A program made the translations under genes and the position numbers. Source: Phoronis australis (lineage: Eukaryota > Animalia > Phoronida). From it: a stretch of DNA of 64,000 nucleotides. Below, piece by piece: positions 41,761-55,600 of this stretch. The stretch lies in NCBI GenBank assembly GCA_002633005.1, contig NMRA01000106.1:477655-541654 (forward strand), given 5' to 3'. The stretch's first letter is position 1. Every line of letters starts with the position of its first letter. A model generated the notes under the pieces. The model was not told where the DNA came from and ran no database searches. It was given only the letters and a program-made list of their open reading frames with translations.

Positions 41761-42734
41761 CCTCTTATTTACATGTACTTGTAAGATAAGAATGATGCCA
41801 TGAAGCAAGCTGGTAAAACGTGCGCTTCACTTCACATAATGAACTGCATTTGGCTGAAATTCAGTGTAACTGAGCCCTGCAGTTGAAGCAGGAATAAAGA
41901 AATTAGTTTACGCCTACGTTTTCTCCAATATTCAACAAAATTTAATTTAGTTAAATGTTTTTAAACAAGTAATTAGTGTCATCATTTAAAAAGCGTGATT
42001 CGATTTCTTACTCGTGCGCCGTTAACTACTGATTCGTTACGGACCGGGCCTCAGCCTTTTCACTTCATGTCATGCTGAACAGATAACAGTTATGTCGTTT
42101 AACCATTTAAAAAACAATATCTTACAGTACACTAGTTTTTAGCAATGAGCTATCTGGCAGATATGTTAAAACAGTCGCTTGGCTGACATGAACTATGGAA
42201 ATGGTGCCTTACACTGATTACCTTGTTCTCCCTGCCTTTACGAATGGACACATTTTACAGCTCGATTAAGTTTTGAGACAAAGGCGAGTGACAACGGAGA
42301 GCTATGGAGTCATCTTGCTAATTAGACTTGCCGCCCCTAACTGTGTCATAGTTTGTGAATGACTGGAATGCCAGGGTTTGCTTTTACCACCGAAAGAGCA
42401 AAGAAAAATTCCGAGTATAGTGTCCGTTTTCACTGAAACAGTAAATTTATATAAAAAGAAAAGAAATCCCTGACCATCAATTCCATTCCTCGTCGTGTCG
42501 AATCTTGCGGGCATTCAACCAGTCACGCGCAGTCATTTTTTGGGAAGTCTTTTTCCGCCATCGTGTTAAATACAGAGGGACACCTGGTGGCGGATGTTTA
42601 AGGTTAAATGTAAACACAGTGTATGCTTATTGCGTAAGAAACCGGTCACACACAGGTCACAATTAATTACGTTAGCTCTGGGATGATAACTGAAATAAAA
42701 CATGTATTTTCTAATTGTGATAAAGATGAGACTA

Positions 42735-43146
42735 GGCCTGGGGTATAATCCTTAATTGTACTCGAACTCGAATTAAATTTTGGCATTTTCTATTTTAATT
42801 TTGTGCGAACTCAGATAAGTCGTCATTATTCTGCGCTCAAGTACATCATGTTTTATGCATATGAGTTTCTAGTCCTAGTTCGTACGTGGTGATCGCAGAT
42901 TCGAGACACAAACTCGAGATTTCGAGTAAAAACTTAAAAATTCAAATTCAGGTTCGAACGTTTTTGTCTTAGTATTCGGGTCATCAAGTGCAAACTAGGG
43001 TTAGAAAATTATTCAGGCAAGCCATTGTGATTCGAGCATAGAATAATAGACACTGAAGTTGAGCTCGCCCAAAAGTAGAATAGAAAGTGCAAACAACATT
43101 TTCGAGCTCGTCGGCCATTTCGAGTAAAAATATTAGAACCCAGGCC
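42735..43146. mobile_element. MITE with 15-bp TIRs (GGCC termini)
   Basis: GGCCTGGGGTATAAT ... ATTAGAACCCAGGCC; a second diverged copy lies at 7029-7396. Confidence 0.75.
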
Positions 43147-44294
43147 AGTAGAATTAGATGAAACCTATGCTAACACTTGGGGTTTTTCCCCAACGCCTAA
43201 GGGACTCCTTAGCCAGCCTGTGGCTAACCCGTCCTGATCGATTCACAAACTAATGCTCGTTGCGTAGCCGTGATGCTGAAAAATGTATTCGCTAATTTCT
43301 CTTATAATGCCTTGACTTTTCAATTTTAAAAACAGTCAAGTTGGTCTTTTATCTTACTTGTTGTTTGATTTTTGACTTTGAAACTCGTGCGCTAAACAAG
43401 CGCGTTGGTTTATGACAGCAATTATCTCATCCAGCCCGTTTAGCCAAGCCCATGAACAGCGGCGCTATCAAGCCTTAGAAGTGCCGAGAACTTCGCTGGA
43501 TACGTAAACAAACTAGTGCACGCATTCTCGTCCACTTCGGCGTGCAAATCTTGTTAGCTTAAGATTTGCCTAATGTTAAAATATAGTCAAATACCAGCAC
43601 ACCTACATGTAGCACAAACTTAAGTAATAACAAAGTATATTAGAACAACGAGAAAAGTATTGGCCTTCTTTACTGCCACTAAATTTTTTCGCAACTCCGC
43701 CGTTTTTCAACCGAATTGCTCGAGTCATATCACGAGATATCTCTTCACCATGGTTATACCAGAGGCATAAATAATTTAGTTTATAAATAATAATCATTTT
43801 TCATACTTTACAGGGTTAAAAATACTTTTTAATACTAAAAAACAAAGCGTGTTACCAAAATGCGAAATATGATAGAACGAAATCCTCCATAAGTACTAAT
43901 TAGCTGATTGATTTACTAATTGGTCATCTAATTAAGGGTAATGCCAAATAATTTAAGGTGTAATAAAAACACAGAAGGTGAATGAACGAGAAAGGTTACA
44001 TAAATGACTTAACCAGCAGGGAAATAACTTCAATGATTCTAAAGACATTTTTACAAAAAATTGATGATAAATTGAACCTTTGCTGCATTACATTTTCGGT
44101 AAAGTTCAGGATGCAGTGACATTTACGAAAATTCTGATTAACTATTTACTCCACCTACTTATCCGATTTGCAGATAAGGGTTGAAAAGCTTTACTTCCAG
44201 ACAAAAACCAGAGCTGTGTCTATGCCATAACGCAAGAGCGAAATGTTCGCTGCAATACACAAAACCTCCAGACGTTTTTTTGATTTTTGGTTGA

Positions 44295-44567
44295 ATGGAA
44301 AATTGCAAGGAAAATGGAACCGAGAATAATTGTCGATCGTGTATGCAGATTTCCCTTCCGCCGAGTTTAGATGCCAATACCAAAACTACAATGTCGATGT
44401 TAGCTAAATATCATCACAAGGTCCACCATTCTAGAAATTCCACCCACACTCCGCGCGATGCTGGCTACGGGCCTGCCGTTCGTGGTGATTTTGGTAACTC
44501 AACCATGAGCACCGACGCACGCCGTCTTCTCACTTTGCTGCGGGACAGTACATCAGCACAGATATGA
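44295..44567 (+). CDS. Candidate small ORF / upstream coding exon (90 aa), unassigned
   Basis: ATG-initiated, protein-like ORF with an internal GTAACT donor. Candidate downstream exons at 44882-44972 and 45225-45270 have good splice sites. No homology recognised. Confidence 0.3.
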   Translation: MENCKENGTENNCRSCMQISLPPSLDANTKTTMSMLAKYHHKVHHSRNSTHTPRDAGYGPAVRGDFGNSTMSTDARRLLTLLRDSTSAQI

Positions 44568-47500
44568 CCTTACCTTTGTACACAATTAAAACGCGCAAGC
44601 TGGTGGACATGACACTAATATCTTTTACTGAAGACACTTAAGCCTACTACTTTGCTGTATGGAGTCTAAAGGAAAATTCACTATTGACGCAAGGCACAAT
44701 AAAACTATATCAACAGAGAAAGTGGTATAGTATTTACACTCATGTTAAATCCGTTGTAATGAAAACATACAATGAATCACAAATGGAGGTTGATTATTGT
44801 GTTCTATGGACACCCAACTTCAATCAGAGATGCAAAGCTAAGCTACGCACTTCATCCGGGAATGCTTGTTATTTGCCCCAGGTTGCGTTTCCTGGGATCA
44901 CCTAACACTTAGTAAAATCCCGAAGTTGCTAAACTTCCTCAACAGATACAGCAGAGATTTCGGAAATGGCAGGTAATTATATGGTCATCGCTATTTGGCA
45001 TGACTTCTTGAAACTCAGTGCATTTGGTGTTAAAGAATTGAGAGAAATGAACTAAATGTGTAAAAATGTCTGATGCATAGTTGGCTGTCCGTGAGTGTAC
45101 GATCGGCCTCATACATGTAGTTGACAGTTGAATCTGTACAGCGCAGCGCGTGCTCCATTCCGTACACGTTCTCTATGCCGATGATCATCTCCACCCTAGG
45201 ACTACATGTATTACCTGCTTTCAGAACGAAATCTGTCGAGGAGCGAAACTAACGTCGATGCATGTTACGTGTAAGATCAGGACAACTGTGAATAACTGCG
45301 ATTTGTTTTGAGGATTTTTAGGGTGATCGGGTGGTAGAGGAAGGGAAATTTTTGTTTCCTTAATAATTGGCAAAAAATTCGCACTAAGTCCTCGCCCCAT
45401 CTAAACAAGGGTCAGTAGCCACAAATGTCAGCCAGGCAGACGTCACCATGGACGACACTGATGGGCTGATCAAGGGTAGAATTGCAGTGGCTATTCACCG
45501 ATACTGATATGAGCGGCTGCAGTCTATTTTAGTCACCGATAGAATGCTGAGCATTTAGTGAGGGCGTAGGGGAAGACCAGGATCAGAGTTGACGGAGCTA
45601 TTTTTTCGTTCATGGTCCTTAATTCATTGAGTTATGAGTAAAAGGAACGGATCTTATAACGATAATGAAGACTTACCACAAACCTACAAATGGAACCAAA
45701 ACTCACTGTATCTTAAAATATTTGTCAAGTGCCGGATTCACTGAACTCATCATGCGAAAATACCGAACACTGACGCAGTCATCGATGACCATGAATTAGT
45801 CCATGGCATCGGATCTGTATTTCGCGTTCGCTGAAGAGTGAAAACAGGTGGATCCGCAAACGCCACCCAGTCGCTCAATAACTTTTTACATTCGTGGCGT
45901 GGTGTGAGCTGGTGCGACGGGATTATACTACTCGGGGGATAAAACTAAATTGAGCTGTCTCAAACATACATGTAGAATATGAACTCAAGGTTTAAGTTTG
46001 TTAGGTTTCATATCCCCGTCATCGTGTCATTAGATGCATGCGAGTCATGGGAGACAGTCGACAAGGACAGGTTCAAGTTTCCCTTCAAAGAGTATAAGCT
46101 GTGGACGACGCCGGGAAGAAAGCCGAAATTTGAGATGTTTTTGAAATTAAAACACGTCACACGTCATAGGCCTACCTCCTCTCGCTAATCAAATGTCGCG
46201 TCGTGAGAGTAAACAGTCACGTTATTGAGAAACTGGGACGCGTGATTTTGAGCATCAAACCCTCGAATCTAAATACTGATGTTCCAATTTTTGGCATTTG
46301 GCCTACTTGACTCCCTCTTTTGACTGCAATTCTAAACTTTGTCCAAGCCTTGCGACAAGACAGCGAAATTTCATGTTTTTAAGTCTTCAATGCATGTGCT
46401 GAAACTAACAGTAGGTCATTTTTAGGCAGTATCGCTAAGAACCTTGCCATTTGGGCAGGACATAAAAAAGTGTCGGCGTGATGACTCTATACTAGTCTGC
46501 ACTTTGACCAAGGTTCGTCCGTCCCATGTGACTAAATCAACCGTGTTTTAGTAGTCAAGCAATAGTACGTCGACACAGAAATCTGATTAGCAGTGTTCAT
46601 TACCAACCGAAAGATCAATATTGGGTTCTGATAAAGTTCTAAGCGTGCCAAAGTAACCCCTTTAGTTTAGTGGCAACTATCAAAAACCTATCGCTCCTTT
46701 CAAGACGTGGATATTTCATTATTATTGGACTACGGCTAAGGTCATTCGATTAAAGAAGTCAAAGTCATTTCGCGATACTAGCTTAGAGGTAGGTAATTTA
46801 AATTTAAGACAGTGAAGTGTTTTGGTTTGTCGTCCTATAAAAGATAATTGCATCATGTACCCACCTGGAATATCATTGAGACATACGTAATTATAACTTA
46901 GCTATTCCAACATAAGTTCAAAATAAGGGTAAACACCATTCCAGGATGAAATACATAGATTGCACAAGTCGTATTCCTACACCAGCTCAACGCACGCGTA
47001 TGTAAGACTGCATTTCTTGACCTAAAAATGTAGTAACGAAATCTAAAGCAGCCGAGAATCTTATTTTGGAAGCCTGCGTTTGAACTTGGCTAGACTGTGT
47101 GTGATCGAATTTACCGGGAAGGCGAATGTTAGAGAGGCTACATACTTGTGCAAATCTCTTCACGTCGAAATTTGCTTGAGGGCTTATTAACCTAGAACAA
47201 ATATAAAAGGCGGACGTCTTGAATTCTTCATGAGTAAGCTTCAATTACTCATTTGGCTGTCTTGGATGATCTGTAAGCGCTATCGATAAGTCTTTTATTG
47301 ACGAAGCAAACACAATAGAGAGCTACAAACCTCCATCAGCGAAAACATAATTGTAGAAAGACCTTTGCAAAGGTGGTAAGAAAGATAGAGTTATGTAGAC
47401 GAAAATGATTTGTAAGGGTGGACGTTTTTAATTAAGCCTGGAAAACGTGTAACGTCAAGACTGAGCAGTGCTGGTGAATACCACGGTCAACCAATCCGCT

Positions 47501-50061
47501 TCATGCCCACAACTATAGGGATACTAGCTGTGCAGCCGCATTGCTAAAAAACATTCGTGAAAGCAGGTATGTTTGTGGAAACTTAGATTTGAGTTGAATT
47601 AGAGCAAGTCGAGTACTTTCCAAAGACAATGCATAGTGCCGTACGACAGCGACTCATGTATGCAGGACCGCGAAAAACACTTTTACTAAACAGATTGCAG
47701 AATTCCGAAGTTATCATCTCTATCAAGACCTTTACCCAATTTTCCGGCTGTTATAAATGGAATGCAGTTGATCATAAGAGTCATTCAGTTATATTACAAT
47801 TTCAGTAATTTGTCTGGTCTGTGGCTGCACGGATAAGCCTAATGGTAACCCAGTCTCTGGTTTGGGACCGATGGTTTAGCTTCATTAGCCCGGCTGTGAA
47901 TGCATGTATAAAAAATCTCACATAACTCTATATTAATTGAAACTCGTCTTAAGTTTTTGAACAGATGACATAGGGCCGACTAAATTTTAATTTGTTATCT
48001 AGGTTCTCGTTTCGACACTTCAGTGCCGCTTCGAATTGCAAAAAGGCAGTAGCACAGCAACTACGTTTTTAGAGCATTGTATTGGAAATAACAAAACATA
48101 TCCACGGAACTAACAAAGGACACATGCCGATTATTAGCTAACATACTGTGTCGACGAGAACAAAATTTACAGCAGCAATAACGGGGGTCATTAACAGTGG
48201 TTTGACGGTCCTTTATGAAGAGCTCTTTTGAGAAATATTTTCGAGAGGCGGCCATTTCTTAAAATGATTAATGTCCCGTGTAAATAGATTCTTATCCCAT
48301 TGTTTGTAATAGGGTGTAAACCAGGGATTAATTAGGTTAGGGTAAAATATTAGAAGTCTGAGATTTAATGTAGCAGTTGTTTGAGATAGAACGTATTTCC
48401 TAAGGGATAACTAATCCTAGTCCAGTAACGTGAGTAAAGTATGTACACTGGAAGGAACATTGTGAGGCAGCGCTGATATCGGCTCGAGACATGCGGTTCT
48501 TGGTTCAGCATATGTATCCAGAGTAAGTAAAGTTCACATGAACATACTGGGGCTCTGTCCATTGTAGAAGAGTAATGGCTGTGGGATGTTGGGTTCCAAA
48601 GACGTGGAGTAATTATCAAGCAGTCCGTCTTCGCTCACTGGATTCAGCGTGCGAGATCGAGAGATGTAGCTGAAAATATTCCGACGTAGTTTTCAGAATT
48701 TTACGAAATTGTTCTCTCTGTAAGCATGAGCCGACCAGCCAGTGAAGGGGTATCCACAATGTAGCTAGCTTAAGACAATAACTATCCGTAGTAAACTTCT
48801 GGACTACTCGTGGGTCACACTGCATGGCTAATCCAGCAGGATCTCCCAAGGGGGATAACAAGGATTTTGGAAAAAAATGATCGCGTAACACCTCAAAACG
48901 GTACACGGGCATCGGAGGCGTTGTTTTACTTGGCCGTGCGCTAACAGAGTGGTGACAGCTCCCTGCCATCATAAATCCACCTGCGTAAGGTATAGTCTAC
49001 CTAGAGTATTTGCCGCCCTGTGTGGTATCAACAATTTTTGTCACCGGGGGCGGAAAATGATGGTGATTAGGTGCGCAGGAAGGTGATGATTGCTGGGAGA
49101 CAACTCTGTTGTCATGAACACTGCAAATATAAACTGTTTTTGACTGTTTAACTGGCTAAAACGAACGTCGAGCTAGAGCTTCCAGCTCTCATAAAATAGG
49201 CCTCATAATATTCCTTACCCTGATAGGGATTCCATTTCTTCACGCAAATCACGAACAATGGAGCATTTATGGATTCGCAATTTTAGGATTGGCCAACCCT
49301 TAATAAAACTCGGAAAGGTTTTTTGAATCGTCGATGTTCTTGCTGGTGACATAAATGGAATCTTCTCACGGAAAGGAATGTTTTTACCGATTTTTGTAAA
49401 AGTTAACTCGATTTTCGTTTTTAAAGCCAGCAAAGGAGGGTGAAATACAGCATTAAGTAGTCACGCTTCTCCAGTCCGTGATAACTCCAGGTAAATCACT
49501 GCAAACTAAGGGGAAACGGTGACGAACGACGATGACAATGGCGACAATAAAGACCAATAGCTATGGACCACGGAAGAATTATATCAGTCGACTAACATTG
49601 GGTGTGGAGCCGATGAGAGCCACCACACCACTGTTACAGAGCGTGCCCTGTGTCACTGGCGCGCAAAACTTTTCATTGACGCACTGTGATAGCGAAACTC
49701 GGATCAACTGGCGCATTAAAATTGGCTTAGCACTCACTTATAAAACAATCGTATCCTATTTGGTTTTGATGCAGAAATATTACTGACTGCATTCAGATTC
49801 TGACACGCCGGTATAGAACAGATAATCAAAAGTTATCTGAACAACGATGACAGTGTACAAGTTACAGGCCACGTAATGTACTCGGATGGCAGGAAAATTA
49901 CTCGAAAGACACCGTGCTAAAAAAAATCTAATTTAAAATGGTTCTCTCAATTGGTAAAAAGATTTGAAATCAGTCGGCCCACGTTTTCTAATATAACCCC
50001 AGCCATTGCCACATTGGAGAAATGTTTGACTATAATCCAATGAATTTTGTAGGCTGGACCA

Positions 50062-51189
50062 ATGGCGGTGAAGAAGGCCAGTATACCGTGGACTTTCAAC
50101 TACACGCAAGAAATGTACAGCCATAAATACGATGATTTGCTGGAATATCTACAGGCAGAAGCAGTGGAAACCGAGACGCCTTGTAGTTCTCCTAAAATAA
50201 AACTGTCTTCTTCTAAACGAATGAAATGGTTGCGAGGCAACAGAGAGAACACAAGGGCAGCAAGAAAATTGGCTAAACCGAAGTTACAGCTGAGTCACTC
50301 AAAGGAAGTTGAGCAACCGGCACTAAAACTGAACGATGTGGTACACGCGAGCTCCACTATAAATGAAAAAGCCGACGACAATTTGCCAACGATGAAGGAA
50401 CTTTCGGACACGTTGTCCTACTTTCCACCCATCCTGGCAACGAAAAAGAATGCTTCTGGGCGGGCAGCAAAGACACCGTCCAATAAAAATTCGAACGAAA
50501 GCGGTACCCTCCTTGAAAGACCTGTTCGAGTGTCGAGAGCTTCTGCACCGAGCAAAACAATGAACAAGTTGCCCGACAGTTTGCCTACTTCAGTTTCGCC
50601 TAGTTCTCCCCGGAAGAAGAAAAAGAAACTAGCAGTGACAGGGTCAGAAGGGGACCACGTAGAATATTCCCCAAGAGTCATGGCTCATCGGAAAATGACG
50701 AGAGAGCTGACAAGAAAGTTACACGTAAAAAGCCAGCAGGCGGATTTTCACGAACGTCTACCTCCAAAAGGAACGCCGACAAAACATTATACTACGCCGA
50801 ATATTTTAGTTAGAGGCAGTGACGAAGCGTTTTCTATTCGAAAAAAGATCGAGCAGTTCAAAAAATGGCATAAAGACCAGTATAAAGACAAACTGGAGAA
50901 ACTTAAGTTAGAATCAGAGCAGATTCAGGAGACTGAAAGTTCCGGGAAAAGAGCGAGCTTAAGGCAATTGTCCGCAAAAACATGGAGAACATTTCGAGAC
51001 ATAAATGAGTCCGATGCGTACAACGACGTTAAAAAGTATATTGAAGACAACGAACTAATGACACCTGAAAAGGAAAAATGGATAAAACAGTGGCTAATTA
51101 ATGTGGCGAAAGCCGAGGAAAAGGTATTAAAGAGTGCACCCGAAATGAATGAGGAGGCAAGAAGGGAAAACTCCCATCCACTAGCCTGA
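50062..51189 (+). CDS. Uncharacterised basic, Ser/Lys/Pro-rich protein (375 aa) with helical C-terminal motif
   Basis: 1128-nt ORF in AT-rich DNA, preceded by an in-frame acceptor (TTTTGTAG, 50052), so it is probably a large terminal exon. C-terminal WRTFRDINESDAYNDVKKYIEDNELMTPEKEKWIKQWL looks structured. Confidence 0.75.
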   Translation: MAVKKASIPWTFNYTQEMYSHKYDDLLEYLQAEAVETETPCSSPKIKLSSSKRMKWLRGNRENTRAARKLAKPKLQLSHSKEVEQPALKLNDVVHASSTINEKADDNLPTMKELSDTLSYFPPILATKKNASGRAAKTPSNKNSNESGTLLERPVRVSRASAPSKTMNKLPDSLPTSVSPSSPRKKKKKLAVTGSEGDHVEYSPRVMAHRKMTRELTRKLHVKSQQADFHERLPPKGTPTKHYTTPNILVRGSDEAFSIRKKIEQFKKWHKDQYKDKLEKLKLESEQIQETESSGKRASLRQLSAKTWRTFRDINESDAYNDVKKYIEDNELMTPEKEKWIKQWLINVAKAEEKVLKSAPEMNEEARRENSHPLA

Positions 51190-52669
51190 TATGTACACGT
51201 TGAACATTTTAAAACGAATTATTTTAATGAAGCTATAAGTTCTACAAACATGAACGTCAACTTCTTAGACTAGACAGCAAAAGGGTGTCTTGGGAATAGT
51301 ACATTCACTTTTTATTCACGGAGTCCACCAGTGCGAAAACAGTTCAAGAACTATTCAACCAGACCTCTTCCAACAGGACAGTTTTGGCAAACACAAATGA
51401 GCGATTTTTAGCCTGCTAAAATACCGCTGTTGGTCTTAATCTGAGGGTCTGGGCCAATGTCTAGTGCTGATGCCCATTTTAGTTTCCAGTCAAATTTACT
51501 TTCAATAACTTCGCCAACTGTCAGAATATTCTTACTGTATAGCAATTTTTTAAAATTATTTTGATATTGCACATTTGTTGTTATGTTTATAGTTTACCCA
51601 AATTAATTAATCCTTGCCAAACAGGCTCAGCTCAATTGAATAGACCACCTTGTTACCAGCTATTCAATCTTTCCAGAATGAATCTCACTTCTGACTTAGC
51701 CAAAAATCTAAAATGGCACAGTATTACTCAGCTTCAGATAGGTGTAGATTTCTATGAATTTTCATCCATGGATTTCGTTTGTACTGAACTTTGTTAGAAC
51801 CTGTTTTCACACCCTACTTACTGTTGAACTCATGTGCAACTAGGTCTTTGAAACAGAAATTTGGTCTGAAGCTGCCACTTCACAATTGTATAATTAAAGT
51901 TTAGCCAAGTGATCATGAGCACAGCCCTAGTCTAGAAAGGAATTGTCTCAGACAATAGCTAGTAGTTATATGTACATTCACAGAGACTGCATTTTTTGCT
52001 GCAGTGAGATTTAATCACTTTCAGAAACAGTCGTTTTGACCATAAGACCAACTAGTTTACAATTATCATCATTTAAATGCACTGATAAACTTCTTCTGAT
52101 CCCCCTATACAATTTAAAGTGACAATAAATGAAAACGACGGAGGTGAGAAGACAGTCCAGTTCTTTATCTTATACGTTGGCTCAGTGACTATGCAAACCA
52201 TATCAAAATTGCCTGAATGTTCCCCTGAAAGAATCATGCTGGTGTTAAAATTGTGCCTTGTTTCGCATTATCTATATGATTGTGAACAATCACCCACTAG
52301 AACCAATATCAAACCTTCCTCCCTTCCTATAGTACACACTTAATACACATGTGAAAATGATACTTATAAACAGTTTCTAACTGCATCTTTTAAAAGAAAC
52401 TATGACTTCTTTACTGCATTACATACCCGGGTGAATCTAAAGGCTTTTTGAATGAACATTTCCAACAAGAAGAATGTCTATAGTCCATTGTTGATTCTGA
52501 CCGGGAATCATGTAGCACCAGTGCAGTAAATTGTCCAGCACGATTCTCAAGCTCAGCTACTTCAGTGAGTCTCTTCTCATCATGCTTGTCCCATTCAAAG
52601 TTGATGAAAATTTGACACAATGACACAAGAACGAGGTAAATGGCAAGACTCCAACCAACAGATGTCGCC

Positions 52670-55600
52670 TCAGTCCCTCCACCTGTGCCCACACTCCATA
52701 TTGCAACACTTATAAAATGTTGTCATCGGCTCGTCAGCTGACCTAGTCTGTATCTGCATGAAGAATGCTCGAGGGTGTGAACACTTGGGACAGGTTTCTG
52801 GGGGAAAACGGAAAACATAACCGATGAGTCGATTTAGAAGATTCTTATTCAGTTGCTTGAATACCAACATTTTCTCAAAATTATGCACAACTACATCAAA
52901 TTCGTTACAGCGTTGACCCCAACTTGTTTGATCGGATGGCAAACGAACAAGTTGGGCACATGATTGACGCAGCCAGTATCTTACATGACTGATTAACTCC
53001 ATTCTCTGACTGGTGTTTATGGTTGGAGGGCCCTCTCTCTTTTGTTCAATAATTGCTCTAATCATATACATCGGTTCCATCCTGATTTGGATGTGGTATT
53101 AAAAATAGATAAGTTATAAACTATTTGAACACAAACCAATAACAATTCTAAATTCTTAGTCAACTGCTGATCATGTTTAATTTTTGAAACACCAAAATCG
53201 CCCAACTGCAACCAAAGTTAAGACAATTCTGTTCTATCTGGACTAATACCAATGCATTGGGTTTGAGTGTGTTCATACACCATCGGTAATAAGGTGCAAC
53301 CTCTATACTTTTCATAATGTTTACATCCATGGTACGATGCACAATTCTCATTTTTGATTCAATAAATAGTTTTTAGCAATATATGCAACTTTAATAAAGA
53401 TATTATGCCTGGTGTGTTGATTTCATTTAGTTAATATTAAGTGCATTACCATCATGGTCAAATTGATTACAAATCTGAAGTCACATGGTTCTTATATGCT
53501 ACCATTCTCACCGGGACTCACCCGCAGGTAGCCTGATTTCTCCAAAACATGAAGATGTGTTATGAGTACGTAGTTAACTTTCCCATAAACACACAAGGGG
53601 TTCACACCCACACTTTGAGTGAGGTTACTGGAGCTCATACAGTACAACCGAACGGAGAATTTTTGGTTTATTTTTTGCTGATGTAGAAATTTACAACTTA
53701 ATTTAAAATTTTACAAACACAGAACTTTTAGTGAAAAAATGAAAATTCTTCATCCAGATTCCTGAAATTTGACCTTATTTTCATGTGAAAATTGTAAACC
53801 TCCACCCCCCCTTGATAGGGCCTATCCTATATGCGCAAAGACGGCAAACTTGGTCACTTGCTGGTGCCCTCCATTTTGCCCGGTGCAAATTTTGAACTCA
53901 AGGTTGAAAGCAAACTTTTGGAATTAGGATACTGAGAGCTTCAGGGTCTATCAATGTGAGTTTTATTTCACATATTAAATTTTCACCCACGTTAATTATT
54001 AAAGCTGAACGTTCAGCATGAAAAAATCACCAATCCAAAAATGAAATGGCCGACTTTGACCACCCTACTCTTAGAACCAGCTATGACCTAATGTATGGCC
54101 TTTAGTGAAATGGGCCGCTGGGCTCCATTACTCCGCTGGGATCCATTCCTCAGTAATGCAAACTATGTTTTTGGGTAAAGTCCTGAACTAGTGATCATAA
54201 AAAGTCGCACAGCTAAACTCTTTTCAAAATGTGTGGGTGGAGTGTGGCTTTTCTTTACTGATCAAACCAGCTCGAGAGAACCTCGATTTCTCGGAGTTAA
54301 TAATGCTTGCTAGTGTCTACTCTCAACTGAAGCTAAATCTTACATAAAACAAGTCCCAATGGCAATGCCAATAAAATGGTTATTGACAAACCGAGAAAAC
54401 ATGACCTTGGCTACCATCATTTATTCATTTTTGTTGTCCTATTACTGAATATGTTGAAAGTAGTACTGTTTGGTTTCAGAAACCCTATGAATCCTAGTAT
54501 ACAATTGGCTTGCATGCATACCAGACAAAGACTGTGCTCAGCAGAAAGGAGCAAGATGTTATCACATGTTCACAAGGGAGCTGTGTCTGATAAATTCATT
54601 GAACGTGCACCCTAATGTAAGACCTGGATACCAAAAAGTTCCAACTTGAGCATGTTTTTGTGGCAATAGCGAAACTTTAATGAGACATGCCCTAAGATCG
54701 CAGTCCCCCTGTGACCCTCGAGTGCCCAAGATTGCTCAGGCTCTTCCTGAAAAACAGAAAAAGTTATCTTTTGGACCCAGCTAATACACTGGATATAACG
54801 GGTTTAATTTGTTACTGGTTACAAACAAGCAGTAAGACTCATTTGGAAATGATGAATTCCTTTTATTTTGGATGATATCGGTTACCACATTTCACTTGAA
54901 GGTCGCACATTTTCTGGTCCTGTGAGGACCTTGGGCACATAATTCCCTCAAAAAATTGGAAATCTGTTAAGGCCGGTGTAAGAGATAATGCGGTGTCTGG
55001 GAAATGTGGTTATTTTTAAGGTATGCCTTACAGGTTAAGCTTCTTAAAAATTCCATATTTTGCAATTCCTGATCCATGCTGATGTTGTAGGTGCCTGTCA
55101 GCAGTGCTGAAGTCACCATGACTGTAAAATGGTACAGTCATTTTCCCATTTTCTAAATGTAATCTAATTCCTCGGAGTACAGGTTTCCAAAATTTCGCTC
55201 CTAACATCGAATCATGATTTCCAAAGCGGATAATTTCCCACAATGCAAAGCCAAGTAAATGAGTTTTTCATAGATCGATTCTTCACAAGCATTACTGCAA
55301 TTGAGCAATCACCAGCGGGAATGCAAATTGCATTATACACCAATACTCAAGATATGTCTTATTGGTCATATCTTGTGTTCATGACTATTTCAGTTACTTT
55401 CCAGAATATTTTACTTCGATCTTCACTGATCCGGCTTCTTTGAAACGCTGATAATTTTAGAGATATTTTAACTTTCACAATGATTTTTTGAAGAGAAATA
55501 AATGTTTAAAAACCAAAAAAATTGTAAACCCGTACGTAGTGAATTGTAGTCCCTAAAAATATATAGAATATGGATAAATTGGTAACAGTTGGCAGCCCTG

